From the NCBI GenBank assembly GCA_043746375.1, contig JAYTRF010000132.1, positions 12,295 to 76,294 of the forward strand: a DNA stretch of 64,000 nt, in the 5' to 3' direction. The notes under the pieces were generated by a model. It saw nothing but the letters and a program-made list of their open reading frames with translations, was not told the DNA's origin and ran no database searches. This DNA comes from Caulobacteraceae bacterium (GTDB lineage Bacteria; Pseudomonadota; Alphaproteobacteria; Caulobacterales; Caulobacteraceae). A program made the translations under genes and the position numbers. This document shows positions 41,401 to 51,126 of the stretch, in pieces (position 1 is the first letter of the stretch; the number at the start of each line of letters is the position of its first letter).

Positions 41401-44061
41401 ATGCTCGACAAAGCTTTCGATCCCAAGACCGCCGAACCGCGCCTCTACGCGCAATGGGAGACGTCCTGCGCCTTTGCGCCAACGGTCGATCCCCATGCGG
41501 CGCCGTTTTCGATGGTCATACCGCCGCCGAACGTCACCGGATCGCTGCACATCGGCCATGCGCTGAACAACACGCTGCAGGATGTGCTGGTCCGCTTCGC
41601 GCGCATGAACGGCAAGGCGGCCTTGTGGCTGCCGGGATCCGATCACGCGGGCATCGCCACCCAGATGGTGGTCGAACGCCAGCTTGCAGCGAGCGGAAAC
41701 ATCGGACGGCGCGAGATGGGCCGAGACGCCTTTGTCGAACGGATCTGGCAGTGGAAAGCGACCTCTGGCGGCGCGATTTCGCAGCAGCTGCGCCGGCTTG
41801 GCGCATCCTGCGACTGGAGTCGCGAACGGTTCACGCTGGATGACGGGCTTTCCGAAGCAGTTCGTAGAGTGTTCGTAACGCTTTATCGCGAGAAACTGAT
41901 CTATCGCGACAAGCGCCTAGTGAATTGGGACCCCCAATTCCAGACGGCCATTTCCGATCTCGAAGTCGAGCAGCGGGAAGTTGATGGCTTCCTGTGGCAT
42001 CTGGCCTATCCGCTCGACGACGGGTCTGGGGAAATCGTCGTCGCCACCACCCGGCCGGAAACCATGCTGGCCGACACCGCGGTTGCGGTGCACCCGGCTG
42101 ACGACCGCTACAAGGCCCTGGTCGGCAGGAGCGTTCGCCTGCCGATCGTCGGTCGGCCGATCCCGATCATCGCCGACGCCTATGCGGATCCTGAAAAGGG
42201 ATCGGGCGCGGTGAAGATCACCCCGGCACACGATTTCAACGATTTCCAGGTCGGTCAGCGGCATAGCCTGCCGACGATTAGCATCTTGGATAGCTTCGCG
42301 CGCCTGAACGATAACGCCCCGCCGGCTTTCCGCGGTCTCGATCGCTTTGTCGCCCGCGCCAAGGTGGTCGAGGCGTTCGAGGCGCTCGGCCTGTTGCGCG
42401 GGGTAGAGCCAACCCGTCACGCCGTGCCGCATGGCGAGCGCTCCGGCGTCGTGGTCGAGCCTTACCTCACCGACCAATGGTACGTGGATGCCAAGACCTT
42501 GGCGGGCCCGGCGGTAGCGGCGGTTGAACAGGGCAAGACGGTGTTCGAGCCCCGGAACTGGGAAAAAACCTTTTTCGAATGGATGCGCAACATCGAGCCG
42601 TGGTGCATCTCGCGTCAGATCTGGTGGGGCCATAGGATTCCTGCCTGGTATGGGCCCGATGGTCGGATCTTCGTAGCCGAGGACGAGGCCGGCGCCGTCG
42701 CCGTTGCGCGCGAGCACTACGGGCGGGACGAGCCCCTGGTGCAGGATGAGGATGTCCTGGACACCTGGTTCTCCTCCGCCCTTTGGCCGTTTTCCACCCT
42801 CGGCTGGCCGGCGCGAACAGATGACTTGGCGCGCTTCTATCCGACCGACACCTTGGTCACCGGATTCGACATCATCTTCTACTGGGTAGCCCGGATGTTG
42901 ATGATGGGCCTGCATTTCACCGGCGAGGTCCCCTTTCGTCGGGTGTTCTTCAACGCCCTGATCCGCGACGAGCAGGGCGCGAAAATGTCCAAGACCCGCG
43001 GCAATGTCATGGACCCTCTCGACTTGATCGACATCTATGGCGCGGACGCCTTGCGCTTTACGCTGACTGCAATGTCGGGTCAGGCCCGCGATATCCGCCT
43101 TTCGGCGCAGCGCATCGAGGGATACCGGAACTTCGCCACCAAGCTCTGGAACGCCGCCCGATTTTGCCAGATCAACGGCTGCATCGAGGTCGAAGATTTC
43201 GACCCCGGCGGTGTTCGCGAGCCCCTGAACCGATGGATTCGCGGGGAAACCCAGAAGGCGGCCGCGCAATTGACCCGCGACCTGGAAGGCTGCGCCTTCG
43301 ATGATGCGGCCGATGGGCTCTACCGATTTGTCTGGCGGCTGTACTGCGACTGGTATGTGGAGCTGGCCAAACCCGTGCTCGCCGGCGGCAACGGCGCGGC
43401 CAAAACGGAAACCCAGGCCATGGCCGCCTGGGTGCTGCAGGTAATCCTGCGGCTGCTGCATCCGTTGATGCCATTCGTCACCGAAGAACTCTGGCGGGAG
43501 ACAGAGGCGCCGGGTGCGCCTAGGGGCGGCCTGCTCATTGGCGCGGCATGGCCGTACCTGCCTGAGAATTACCGCGATGCAACCGCGGAGGCCGACATGG
43601 ACTTCATTATCGCAGCGGTCAGCGAGGGTCGCTCGGTGCGGGCGGAACTGAATGTGCCGCAGTCGGCTCGCCCGGACCTCGTGGTTGTCGACGCTTCGCC
43701 CAGGCAGCGCGAGATTCTCGCGGCGAACCGGGCGTTGGTCGGTCACCTGCTCAGGATAGGCGAACTACGGCTGGACGGGGCGCCCGGCGGTGGTGCTGTC
43801 ATCTACATCGCCGAAGGCGCGACGCTCGCAATGGGGGTTGGGCAGTTTGTCGATCTGGGCAAGGAACGCGAACGGCTAGCCAGGGAGATCGTCGGCCACG
43901 GCGCCGATATCACCCATGGCGAAGCCAAGCTGGCCAACACCGCCTTCGTTGCCCGCGCACCAGCGGAGGTGATCGAAGAAAGCCGCCGGCGCCTCCACGA
44001 ATCGCAGTTCGCCAAGGCGCGCCTCGAAGCCGTCCTCGCGCGTCTCGAAGGGGTCGCCTGA
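41401..44061 (+). CDS. valS: Valine-tRNA ligase
   Basis: PPPNVTGSLHIGHA, DHAGIATQ, WCISRQ.WWGH, KMSKT. Confidence 0.97.
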   Translation: MLDKAFDPKTAEPRLYAQWETSCAFAPTVDPHAAPFSMVIPPPNVTGSLHIGHALNNTLQDVLVRFARMNGKAALWLPGSDHAGIATQMVVERQLAASGNIGRREMGRDAFVERIWQWKATSGGAISQQLRRLGASCDWSRERFTLDDGLSEAVRRVFVTLYREKLIYRDKRLVNWDPQFQTAISDLEVEQREVDGFLWHLAYPLDDGSGEIVVATTRPETMLADTAVAVHPADDRYKALVGRSVRLPIVGRPIPIIADAYADPEKGSGAVKITPAHDFNDFQVGQRHSLPTISILDSFARLNDNAPPAFRGLDRFVARAKVVEAFEALGLLRGVEPTRHAVPHGERSGVVVEPYLTDQWYVDAKTLAGPAVAAVEQGKTVFEPRNWEKTFFEWMRNIEPWCISRQIWWGHRIPAWYGPDGRIFVAEDEAGAVAVAREHYGRDEPLVQDEDVLDTWFSSALWPFSTLGWPARTDDLARFYPTDTLVTGFDIIFYWVARMLMMGLHFTGEVPFRRVFFNALIRDEQGAKMSKTRGNVMDPLDLIDIYGADALRFTLTAMSGQARDIRLSAQRIEGYRNFATKLWNAARFCQINGCIEVEDFDPGGVREPLNRWIRGETQKAAAQLTRDLEGCAFDDAADGLYRFVWRLYCDWYVELAKPVLAGGNGAAKTETQAMAAWVLQVILRLLHPLMPFVTEELWRETEAPGAPRGGLLIGAAWPYLPENYRDATAEADMDFIIAAVSEGRSVRAELNVPQSARPDLVVVDASPRQREILAANRALVGHLLRIGELRLDGAPGGGAVIYIAEGATLAMGVGQFVDLGKERERLAREIVGHGADITHGEAKLANTAFVARAPAEVIEESRRRLHESQFAKARLEAVLARLEGVA

Positions 44062-44133
44062 CCAGTTTGCATCGGCCTGCGGCCTGTGCTTGTTCCGGCT
44101 CCAACACGTTCCTCGCCACCACGGAAATTGCAC

Positions 44134-45894
44134 ATGACCGATGCCGCGCCCCCATGGCCCGCGATGTCAATCGCCAAGGCGCACAGCCTGCTTACCGCCT
44201 CTGGCGCTCCGTTCGAGATGGAGGAACAGGTCATCGGGGGGGTGAAAACGCGGATTTGGAAGAATGCGCCGCCGACCTTGCGGACTGTGCTCGAGGCGGC
44301 CCGCGCCCATGGCGAGCGAGTGTTCCTGGTCCATGAAGATGAGCGGATAACGTTCGAAGCCTTCTGGCGCGCTGTCGCGACGTTTGCCCACGAGTTGGTC
44401 GCCCAGGGGGTCGACAAGGGCGATCGGGTGGCGATCGTCATGCGCAACCTGCCCGAATGGCCAGTAGCTTTTTACACCGCGGCGGCGCTTGGGGCTATCG
44501 TCACCCCGCTCAACGCCTGGTGGACGGCCCCCGAACTCGAATACGGGCTGATAGATTCGGGCAGCAAGATCCTGATCGTCGACGCCGAACGCCTTGAGCG
44601 CCTTGGCGAACACCTTGCCAGATGCCCTGACCTGAAGCGGGTTTTCGTCAGCCGCGAGTTGGACGAGATCGCCAATCCTTTGGTCGTCAAGCTTGAGTCG
44701 GTGATCGGTGCGCCTGATAGCTGGACCGAGCTGCCGGACCTAGACCTTCCCGCAGCGAACATTGCGCCGGACGATGATGCGACGATCTTCTACACCTCGG
44801 GCACCACCGGCAAGCCAAAGGGCGCCATCGCCACCAACCGCAACGTCAACAGCAATATCATCGCCGGAGCATGTGCCGCAGCCAGGTCGTTTTTGCGCCG
44901 GGGGGAGAGCCCGCCCGCTCCCGACCCTGACGCTCCGCAGCGCGCGTCGCTGCTTTCGGTGCCTTTTTTCCACGCCACCGGATGTTTCGCGATTCTGAAC
45001 CCTAGCCTGATGGGCGGCGCCAAGCTGGTGATGATGCGTCGATGGGACCCCGTTCGCGCCTTTGAACTGATCGAGCGGGAAAAGATCTCGTCCGCCGGGG
45101 GCGTGCCGACCATCGCCTGGCAGATGATCGAGCATCCGCTCCGAAAAAACTACGATCTGTCTTCGCTGGAAAGCGTCGCTTATGGCGGCGCGCCGTCGGC
45201 CCCCGAGCTGGTCCGCAAGATAAAGGAGGTGTTTCCCAAAAGTGCGCCGGGTAACGGCTGGGGCATGACCGAGACCTCGGCAACGGCGACGTCCCACGGG
45301 GCCGAGGACTATGAGCACCGGCCAGATTCATGTGGCCCGCCCGTGCCGGTGACCGACCTCAAGATCATGACCGTCGAGGGCGACCGCGAGCTACCGATTG
45401 GCGAAGTGGGGGAGTTGTGGTGCAGGGGACCGCAGGTGGTCAGGGGCTACTGGAACAAACCCGAAGCGACCGCGCAGACCTTCGTCGATGGGTGGGTGAA
45501 GACCGGCGACCTGGCCCGCCTCGATCCGGAAGGTTTCTGTTTCATTGTCGACCGCGCCAAAGATATGCTGATCCGCGGCGGTGAGAACATCTACTGCATA
45601 GAGGTCGAGAACGTCCTCTACGACCACCCGGCGGTGATGGATGCGGCCCTCGTCGGCATACCGCACAAGACTCTGGGTGAGGAGCCAGCCGCCGTCGTCA
45701 CGCTCAAACCGGACGCCGCAGCGAGCGAAGAGGAACTGCGCGCCTTCGTCGCCGAGCGCCTGGCCGCGTTCAAGGTGCCGGTCACCGTTCGCTTCTGGCA
45801 CGAGGTGCTGCCTCGCAACGCCAACGGCAAGATCATGAAGAACGAACTGAAAAAACTGTTCGCCGCGGAAGGCGCGCCGAACGCCGCTGATTGA
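44134..45894 (+). CDS. Long-chain acyl-CoA synthetase (ANL family)
   Basis: YTSGTTGKPKG, GWGMTET, TGD, DRAKD..IRGGEN, NGKI.K. Confidence 0.9.
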   Translation: MTDAAPPWPAMSIAKAHSLLTASGAPFEMEEQVIGGVKTRIWKNAPPTLRTVLEAARAHGERVFLVHEDERITFEAFWRAVATFAHELVAQGVDKGDRVAIVMRNLPEWPVAFYTAAALGAIVTPLNAWWTAPELEYGLIDSGSKILIVDAERLERLGEHLARCPDLKRVFVSRELDEIANPLVVKLESVIGAPDSWTELPDLDLPAANIAPDDDATIFYTSGTTGKPKGAIATNRNVNSNIIAGACAAARSFLRRGESPPAPDPDAPQRASLLSVPFFHATGCFAILNPSLMGGAKLVMMRRWDPVRAFELIEREKISSAGGVPTIAWQMIEHPLRKNYDLSSLESVAYGGAPSAPELVRKIKEVFPKSAPGNGWGMTETSATATSHGAEDYEHRPDSCGPPVPVTDLKIMTVEGDRELPIGEVGELWCRGPQVVRGYWNKPEATAQTFVDGWVKTGDLARLDPEGFCFIVDRAKDMLIRGGENIYCIEVENVLYDHPAVMDAALVGIPHKTLGEEPAAVVTLKPDAAASEEELRAFVAERLAAFKVPVTVRFWHEVLPRNANGKIMKNELKKLFAAEGAPNAAD

Positions 45895-46458
45895 TCAGGG
45901 GCGCGGATCGTAGGGATCAGGCGGCGCTTGATCGGAATAGCCAGGGTCGGCGTAGGGACCGCTGTCTGCGTCCGGGGGAGGGGGCCCACTATCGTAATAG
46001 CCGTCGCCATAGGCGTCGGCCGGCGGCGCCCCGCGGTCATAACCGTCCCCGTAGGGGTCGTACGAGCCTGGCGGCGGCGGTGGCGGCGGAACATCCTCGG
46101 AATAGCCCTGGCCGTAGCCGGGATCATTGTAGGCCGGCTGCGGGTAGCTGTTGTCACAGTTGGTCGCGCTGTTGCCGATCGCGCCGCCGGCGACCGCGCC
46201 TACCGCACCGCCGACGACAGCTCCGCTGCCGCGATCGTCGCCGGCGACATTGCTGCCGACCACCGCGCCCAGTACGCCGCCGATCACCGCGCCGGCCACC
46301 GTGCCGCCGGTCTTTTGATCCTGGCAGGCATGGTAGTCGCCGTCGGGGTCATAATAGCCGGAAGATTGCGCCGCAGCCGCGCCAGGGAAGGCCGCGAGCG
46401 CCATCAGGGCCGCCGTGCTGGCCAGCGTTCCTCTGATCAAAAACCGGGCGGGGGGCAT
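45895..46458 (-). CDS. Exported glycine-zipper 2TM protein with Pro/Tyr/Asp low-complexity tail
   Basis: AGGAGA SD, signal peptide, GAVIGGVLGAVVGSN...GAVVGGAVGAVAGGAIG flanked by Cys. Confidence 0.8.
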   Translation of the reverse strand: MPPARFLIRGTLASTAALMALAAFPGAAAAQSSGYYDPDGDYHACQDQKTGGTVAGAVIGGVLGAVVGSNVAGDDRGSGAVVGGAVGAVAGGAIGNSATNCDNSYPQPAYNDPGYGQGYSEDVPPPPPPPGSYDPYGDGYDRGAPPADAYGDGYYDSGPPPPDADSGPYADPGYSDQAPPDPYDPRP

Positions 46459-46499
46459 TGCAGGTCTCCTTGCTGGGTGGGTCGACAACGAACTGACAA

Positions 46500-46760
46500 T
46501 CAACCGCGTCCGCTTGGACGCCAAACGCCGCCCTTGCCGAGGCAGACTTCAAGCGAATGGGCCGGAGGCGGGGAAGTTTCCTCGACCCAGCGACAATTGG
46601 AGCGATGATAGCTGATCCGGCCGGGATAGGCCATGCAACGTGCAACGCGGGGGTTATGGCATATGTCCGCAGCGAAATAGGCGCGGGCGCCTTGCGCCAC
46701 AGCCATTGCCGCACCGGACGTGAGGACCAGACCGATTATCCAGGCGAGCTCAGCCTTCAT
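46500..46760 (-). CDS. Small putative secreted 4-Cys protein (86 aa)
   Basis: MKAELAWIIGLVLTSGAAMAVAQ signal-like N-terminus, AGGGG SD-like element, 4 Cys. Confidence 0.5.
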   Translation of the reverse strand: MKAELAWIIGLVLTSGAAMAVAQGARAYFAADICHNPRVARCMAYPGRISYHRSNCRWVEETSPPPAHSLEVCLGKGGVWRPSGRG

Positions 46761-46878
46761 ATCAAAGCCCCTGTTGGACGTGGACGGCGACGCATGCTTG
46801 ATCCTCCACCTCGGTTGATGAATGGCGGTTGAACGCCATGTTCTTGCAGGCGCATCGCGTTCTGCCGAAAGGATCAAC

Positions 46879-48168
46879 ATGGCAGGGCGGAACCCCAGGC
46901 CTCCCACGCCGCCTGGCGACATCGCCACCCTCCAAATCGATCGCGTCGGCGAGCAAGGCGACGGCGTAGCCCCAGGCCCGGTCTATGTTCCGCTAACCCT
47001 CCCCGGTGAAGTGGTCCGCGCCCGCGTGGGCCACGACCGTGGCGACCTGGTCGAAATCGTCGCCGCCAGCGCCGAGCGCGTCGCGCCGCCATGCCGGCAT
47101 TTCGGCGCATGCGGAGGTTGCGCCCTGCAGCATTGGTCCCACCAGCCATACCTCGACTGGAAATGCGGCCGGATCGCCGACGCTTTGGCGCGGGAAGGGA
47201 TCGCCACGCAGATCACGGCCCCATTTGCCGCCCTGCCCGGGACACGCCGCCGTTTGACCTTGCACGCGCGTCGCCAGGACCATCGGCCGATCCTGGGACT
47301 GAAGGCGAGGCGCTCTTGGGGAGTCGTCAATATCGAGACCTGCGTGATCGCCCAGCTGGTCCTTATCAGCGCCCTCTCGGCCCTCAAGGACCTCGCCGAA
47401 CCGCTGCTCGAGCACGCCAAGTCCGCCCCCGCGCTCCACGTCACGGCCAGCGACACGGGTCTGGACATCGACATCAGCGGCGTCGAGCGGCGTGGGGGCG
47501 GTCTCTCCGCCAGCGGCCGGGGGCGGGTGGCCGAGGCCGCGGCGCGCGCGGATTTCGCGCGCGTCACAGTCGCCGGCGAAATCCTCTATCAGGCACGCCA
47601 GCCGAGAATCGTTGTGGGCGGCGTCGGCGTTGACCTTCCGGCGGGCGCGTTCCTGCAAGCCACTCAGACGGCGGAGGTCGCCATGGCGGCTTTCATCGGG
47701 GAGGCGACGGCGGACGCCCGCAGCATCGCAGACCTCTATTGCGGGGTCGGCGCATTCACCTTTCCGCTAGCCGCCCAGGCCAGAATGGTGGCAATCGACG
47801 CATCCGCGCCCGCCGTATCCGCGCTTGCGGCGGCGCCGGGCGGGAAACCTGGCCTGAAGGCGATCACGGCCCAGGTGCGGGACCTCGATCGCCGGCCATT
47901 GCTGGCGCGGGAGTTGACCGGCTTTGATGCTGTTATCTTTGACCCGCCCAGAGCCGGCGCAGCGGCCCAATGTGGTCAGCTGGCGCTATCGAACGTCGCC
48001 ACGGTCGTCGGCGTCTCCTGCAACCCCAGCACCTTCGCTCGCGATGCGGGCATCCTGGCGGCCGGCGGCTATGTGCTTACTCGGGTGCTCCCCGTGGACC
48101 AGTTCCTCTGGTCCCCCCATATCGAGCTGGTGGGCATTTTCTCGCGCCGGGGCGAAGACCATGGGTGA
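46879..48168 (+). CDS. RNA m5U methyltransferase (RlmD/TrmA family, 4Fe-4S)
   Basis: C.HFG.CGGC.LQH, FLQA, DLYCG.G.F, DPPRAG, VSCNP, DQF..S.H.E. Confidence 0.9.
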   Translation: MAGRNPRPPTPPGDIATLQIDRVGEQGDGVAPGPVYVPLTLPGEVVRARVGHDRGDLVEIVAASAERVAPPCRHFGACGGCALQHWSHQPYLDWKCGRIADALAREGIATQITAPFAALPGTRRRLTLHARRQDHRPILGLKARRSWGVVNIETCVIAQLVLISALSALKDLAEPLLEHAKSAPALHVTASDTGLDIDISGVERRGGGLSASGRGRVAEAAARADFARVTVAGEILYQARQPRIVVGGVGVDLPAGAFLQATQTAEVAMAAFIGEATADARSIADLYCGVGAFTFPLAAQARMVAIDASAPAVSALAAAPGGKPGLKAITAQVRDLDRRPLLARELTGFDAVIFDPPRAGAAAQCGQLALSNVATVVGVSCNPSTFARDAGILAAGGYVLTRVLPVDQFLWSPHIELVGIFSRRGEDHG

Positions 48169-49219
48169 CGATGGAGCGGGAGCCTTCAGGATCGACAAGC
48201 GGAGCCAGTCCGCCAGGGCCGCGGCCAAGGCAGGTTGGTGGGGCGCGACTGCAGTGGTCGCCCGCCGAATCACCCGCGCCGGAAGAGCCGGCCCTCAGCC
48301 GATCTCGCCAGTCGCGGACCCCGCCCCCGAAGGCTTCGTTCAGCGTGCGTGGCGTGAAGCCTTCGAGAAGGATGCGCGAGACGTCGGTCTTGGGCTCTAT
48401 CCGCCTATGGGGCAGGGGATGGTCAACCCATTCACGGCGCTGCATGAAGCCGCCGACCTGATCGCCGACGCCCGGCAGGTCGACGAGCGTCGCCGTCGTG
48501 GCGGAGCCGTCGAAGCGCGAGACGATGCCCCGGCCCAGGGCGCCTATCCCAGCTATTACCGCCAGAATTTTCACTTCCAGAGCGGTGGCTGGTTCACCGC
48601 CCGCAGCGCCCGTCGGTACCACGCTCAGGTCGAGGTCCTGTTCGCCGGCACGGCTGGAGCCATGCGGCGCCGCGCTCTGTCGCTGCTGGCGGCCGCTTGG
48701 CGAGAGCGGGATCATCGCGGCGCCACGATCATCGATCTGGCGTGCGGTTCAGGCGATTTCCTCACTGATCTGGAGACGACGTTTCCGAGAGCCCTCTTGA
48801 TCGGCGCCGATCTCTCCCCGGCTTATCTCAAAGAGGCTCGGCGGCGGTCAGGTTTGACGGCTATGCTTCAGACCAACGCCGAGCGCCTGCCGTTCGCCGA
48901 CAACCGCATCGACGCGTTGACGTGCATCTACCTGTTTCATGAACTGCCGCCCCGCGTACGCAGCATCGTCGCCCGCGAGATCGCTCGGGTGCTGAAGCCC
49001 GGCGGCCTGCTCGCCTTCGCCGACTCGATCCAACCGGACGATGAGCCGCGCCTCGGCCGCTTGCTGGAGGTGTTCCCGGCCTACTTCCACGAACCCTACT
49101 ACGCCAGCTACAGCCACACCGACCTCGCCGCACTGTTCGCAGGGGCCGGCCTCGTCCAGGTCGCCGAAGACCGCGCGTTTTTGACCAAGGCGCTGCTGTT
49201 CGAAAAGCCGTGGCTTTAG
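48161..49219 (+). CDS. Class I SAM-dependent methyltransferase
   Basis: YP.YY.QNFHFQ..GW, DLACGSG, DLSP.Y, YLFHELP, RVLKPGG. Confidence 0.87.
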   Translation: MGDDGAGAFRIDKRSQSARAAAKAGWWGATAVVARRITRAGRAGPQPISPVADPAPEGFVQRAWREAFEKDARDVGLGLYPPMGQGMVNPFTALHEAADLIADARQVDERRRRGGAVEARDDAPAQGAYPSYYRQNFHFQSGGWFTARSARRYHAQVEVLFAGTAGAMRRRALSLLAAAWRERDHRGATIIDLACGSGDFLTDLETTFPRALLIGADLSPAYLKEARRRSGLTAMLQTNAERLPFADNRIDALTCIYLFHELPPRVRSIVAREIARVLKPGGLLAFADSIQPDDEPRLGRLLEVFPAYFHEPYYASYSHTDLAALFAGAGLVQVAEDRAFLTKALLFEKPWL

Positions 49220-50292
49220 CCGAACAGCTCTAGCTGGTTGCTGCTGGCGCGTGGAATTCTAAACGCGGCGAGGTCCAGTGGCGGCAAGGTCCGATCCAGG
49301 CCAAAGCGACGGCGCGCGATCTTGAACCGCTGACCAATCAGCTCAGCGATGGGCCCCTCACCCTTCATGCGCATGCCCCATCGCACATCGTAGTCCTTGC
49401 CGCCGCGCATCTGCCGGACGAGGGACATTACCCTGGCGGCCCGGTCGGGGCGATTGGCGGCCAGCCACTCGCGGAACAGATCCTTGATTTCCAAGGGTAG
49501 GCGCAGGACGACATACCCGGCGCCGGCAGCGCCGACCACTGCGGCCGCCTCAAGCACCGATTCCAGTTCGTGGTCGTTAAGGCCAGGTATCACCGGCGCA
49601 AACATCGCGATGGTCGGGACCTTGGCCTGGGCGAGCTGTCGCAGGGCCCAAAGGCGGCGCTCGGGCGTTGCGGCGCGCGGCTCCATCTGCCGGGCCAGAG
49701 TACGGTCAAGAGTGGTGATGGAGACGGCCGCTCGGGCCAGGCCGGCCGCCGCCATCGGTCCGATGATGTCGAGGTCGCGAACAATCAGCGCCGATTTGGT
49801 GATGATCGAAAACGGGTGGCCAAATCGCTGCAGCACCTCGAGCACCTGGCGGGTAACACGAAGGCGTCTCTCCTGCGGCTGATAGGCGTCGGTGTTGCCG
49901 CCGATGTGGATTGTTGCTGGGCGATAGGAGGGCCTGGCGAGTTCCTGGGCCAGCAGGCGGGCGGCGTCCGGCTTGAAGAAGATTTTGCTTTCGAAGTCGA
50001 GCCCCGGCGACAGCCCCATGTAGGCGTGGGCGGGCCTTGCGAAACAATAGATGCAGCCATGCTCGCACCCTCGATAGGGATTGATCGAGCGATCGAAACC
50101 GACATCGGGACTGTCGTTGCGGGTGATGATCACCCGCGCCGTCTCCGCGGTCACCGTCGTGCGCAAAGCGCCTGGCAGAGCGTCGTCGCTCGTCCATCCG
50201 TCATCGAAGTCGTCGCGCGTGCGGCTTTCGAATCGCCCGCTGGCGTTGGAAACCGCTCCGCGCCCGCGCGCGCCCGGTGGAGAAGGCGCCAT
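49216..50292 (-). CDS. PA0069/Rv2578c-family radical SAM protein (SPL-like)
   Basis: SINPYRGCEHGCIYCFARP (CxxxCxxC), NTDAYQP.E, ITKS, EPRA, QLELF tail. Confidence 0.9.
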   Translation of the reverse strand: MAPSPPGARGRGAVSNASGRFESRTRDDFDDGWTSDDALPGALRTTVTAETARVIITRNDSPDVGFDRSINPYRGCEHGCIYCFARPAHAYMGLSPGLDFESKIFFKPDAARLLAQELARPSYRPATIHIGGNTDAYQPQERRLRVTRQVLEVLQRFGHPFSIITKSALIVRDLDIIGPMAAAGLARAAVSITTLDRTLARQMEPRAATPERRLWALRQLAQAKVPTIAMFAPVIPGLNDHELESVLEAAAVVGAAGAGYVVLRLPLEIKDLFREWLAANRPDRAARVMSLVRQMRGGKDYDVRWGMRMKGEGPIAELIGQRFKIARRRFGLDRTLPPLDLAAFRIPRASSNQLELFG

Positions 50293-50315
50293 GCCGCTTA
50301 GTAGCGGTGTCCAAA

Positions 50316-50330
50316 GAACGCAACAAGAAC
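50316..50330. promoter_or_regulatory. Alphaproteobacterial LexA (SOS) box
   Basis: GAAC-gcaacaa-GAAC (GTTC-N7-GTTC on the minus strand), 24-38 nt upstream of the radical SAM ATG. Confidence 0.8.
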
Positions 50331-50355
50331 TTCTGCGGAATTCGGCGTATTCTGT

Positions 50356-50736
50356 TTAGGCTGCGCCCAACCCGCGCATGGCTTGGCCCACGAACGCCAT
50401 AACTTCTGGGCCGAAGGGCAGGGAAGGGGCCACGTTGGGCCTCGCCATGGAATCGCGCCAGACGGCGGTCAGCTTCACCGTGGTTTGCGTGTCGCCGCCC
50501 GTCGCCAAATTAACCTGAGCGCGCCACCTGCGTGCGAGATCCTGAGCCTCCGGTGCTGTCGGATCGGTCCCAACGAGAGCCTTTGCCTTTTCGATGAGCG
50601 CTGTCCATTCGGCCCCTACCTTAGCCTGGTCAAAGGTTTGCGCCTTGTCCCGCATGGCCTGCTTCTCAGCGCCATTGAAATGCCGGTCGACCACGGGCTG
50701 CATGAGTTTTGCCCAATCGGGTGTCTGCTCGGTCAT
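50356..50736 (-). CDS. Predicted short in-frame isoform (TipAS-like domain only, 126 aa)
   Basis: Internal AAAGGAGA-CGACA-ATG at the domain boundary; translation is inferred. Confidence 0.55.
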   Translation of the reverse strand: MTEQTPDWAKLMQPVVDRHFNGAEKQAMRDKAQTFDQAKVGAEWTALIEKAKALVGTDPTAPEAQDLARRWRAQVNLATGGDTQTTVKLTAVWRDSMARPNVAPSLPFGPEVMAFVGQAMRGLGAA

Positions 50737-51126
50737 TGTCGTCTCCTTTGTGAGTGTGATCAGATCGTCCAGCGACAGGTCCTCGCCCAACGCAAGCCGC
50801 TCCCGCGCCGCCCGGACAAGACGGAGCCCACGCGCGGCTTGCTCCGAGCGTTGGGCGAACACGGTTTCCTGCAGTTCCAGGATAGCTTCCAGGCTCGAAG
50901 AGCGGCCGGACAGCATCACCGCGATGTCCGCGAGCCCAAGTCCCAGACGCTTGAGAGCCAGAACGCGATGCAGTTGCGCCAGGGCCGCGGGTCCATAAGC
51001 CCGCCACCCGACGGCCGTTCGAAGCGGCGTTACCAGACCACGCTGTTCATAGACCCTAAGCGCGCGCGGCGTGACGCCGAGAACCTTGGCTGTCTCCGCC
51101 GGCGAGAGATAAACGGGGGCTGACAC
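50356..51126 (-). CDS. MerR family regulator with C-terminal TipAS-like ligand-binding domain
   Basis: N-terminal HTH (LGVT.RALR.YE..GL..P.R...G.R.Y); C-terminal W..L.......DP..PEAQ.LARRW...GGD; GTG start 10 nt after AGGAGA. Confidence 0.85.
   Translation of the reverse strand: MSAPVYLSPAETAKVLGVTPRALRVYEQRGLVTPLRTAVGWRAYGPAALAQLHRVLALKRLGLGLADIAVMLSGRSSSLEAILELQETVFAQRSEQAARGLRLVRAARERLALGEDLSLDDLITLTKETTMTEQTPDWAKLMQPVVDRHFNGAEKQAMRDKAQTFDQAKVGAEWTALIEKAKALVGTDPTAPEAQDLARRWRAQVNLATGGDTQTTVKLTAVWRDSMARPNVAPSLPFGPEVMAFVGQAMRGLGAA

Noticed and set aside
41917-43746. 609-aa antisense ORF within valS
   Set aside because: Shadow ORF typical of high-GC codon bias; no recognisable motifs; fully overlaps a conserved essential gene
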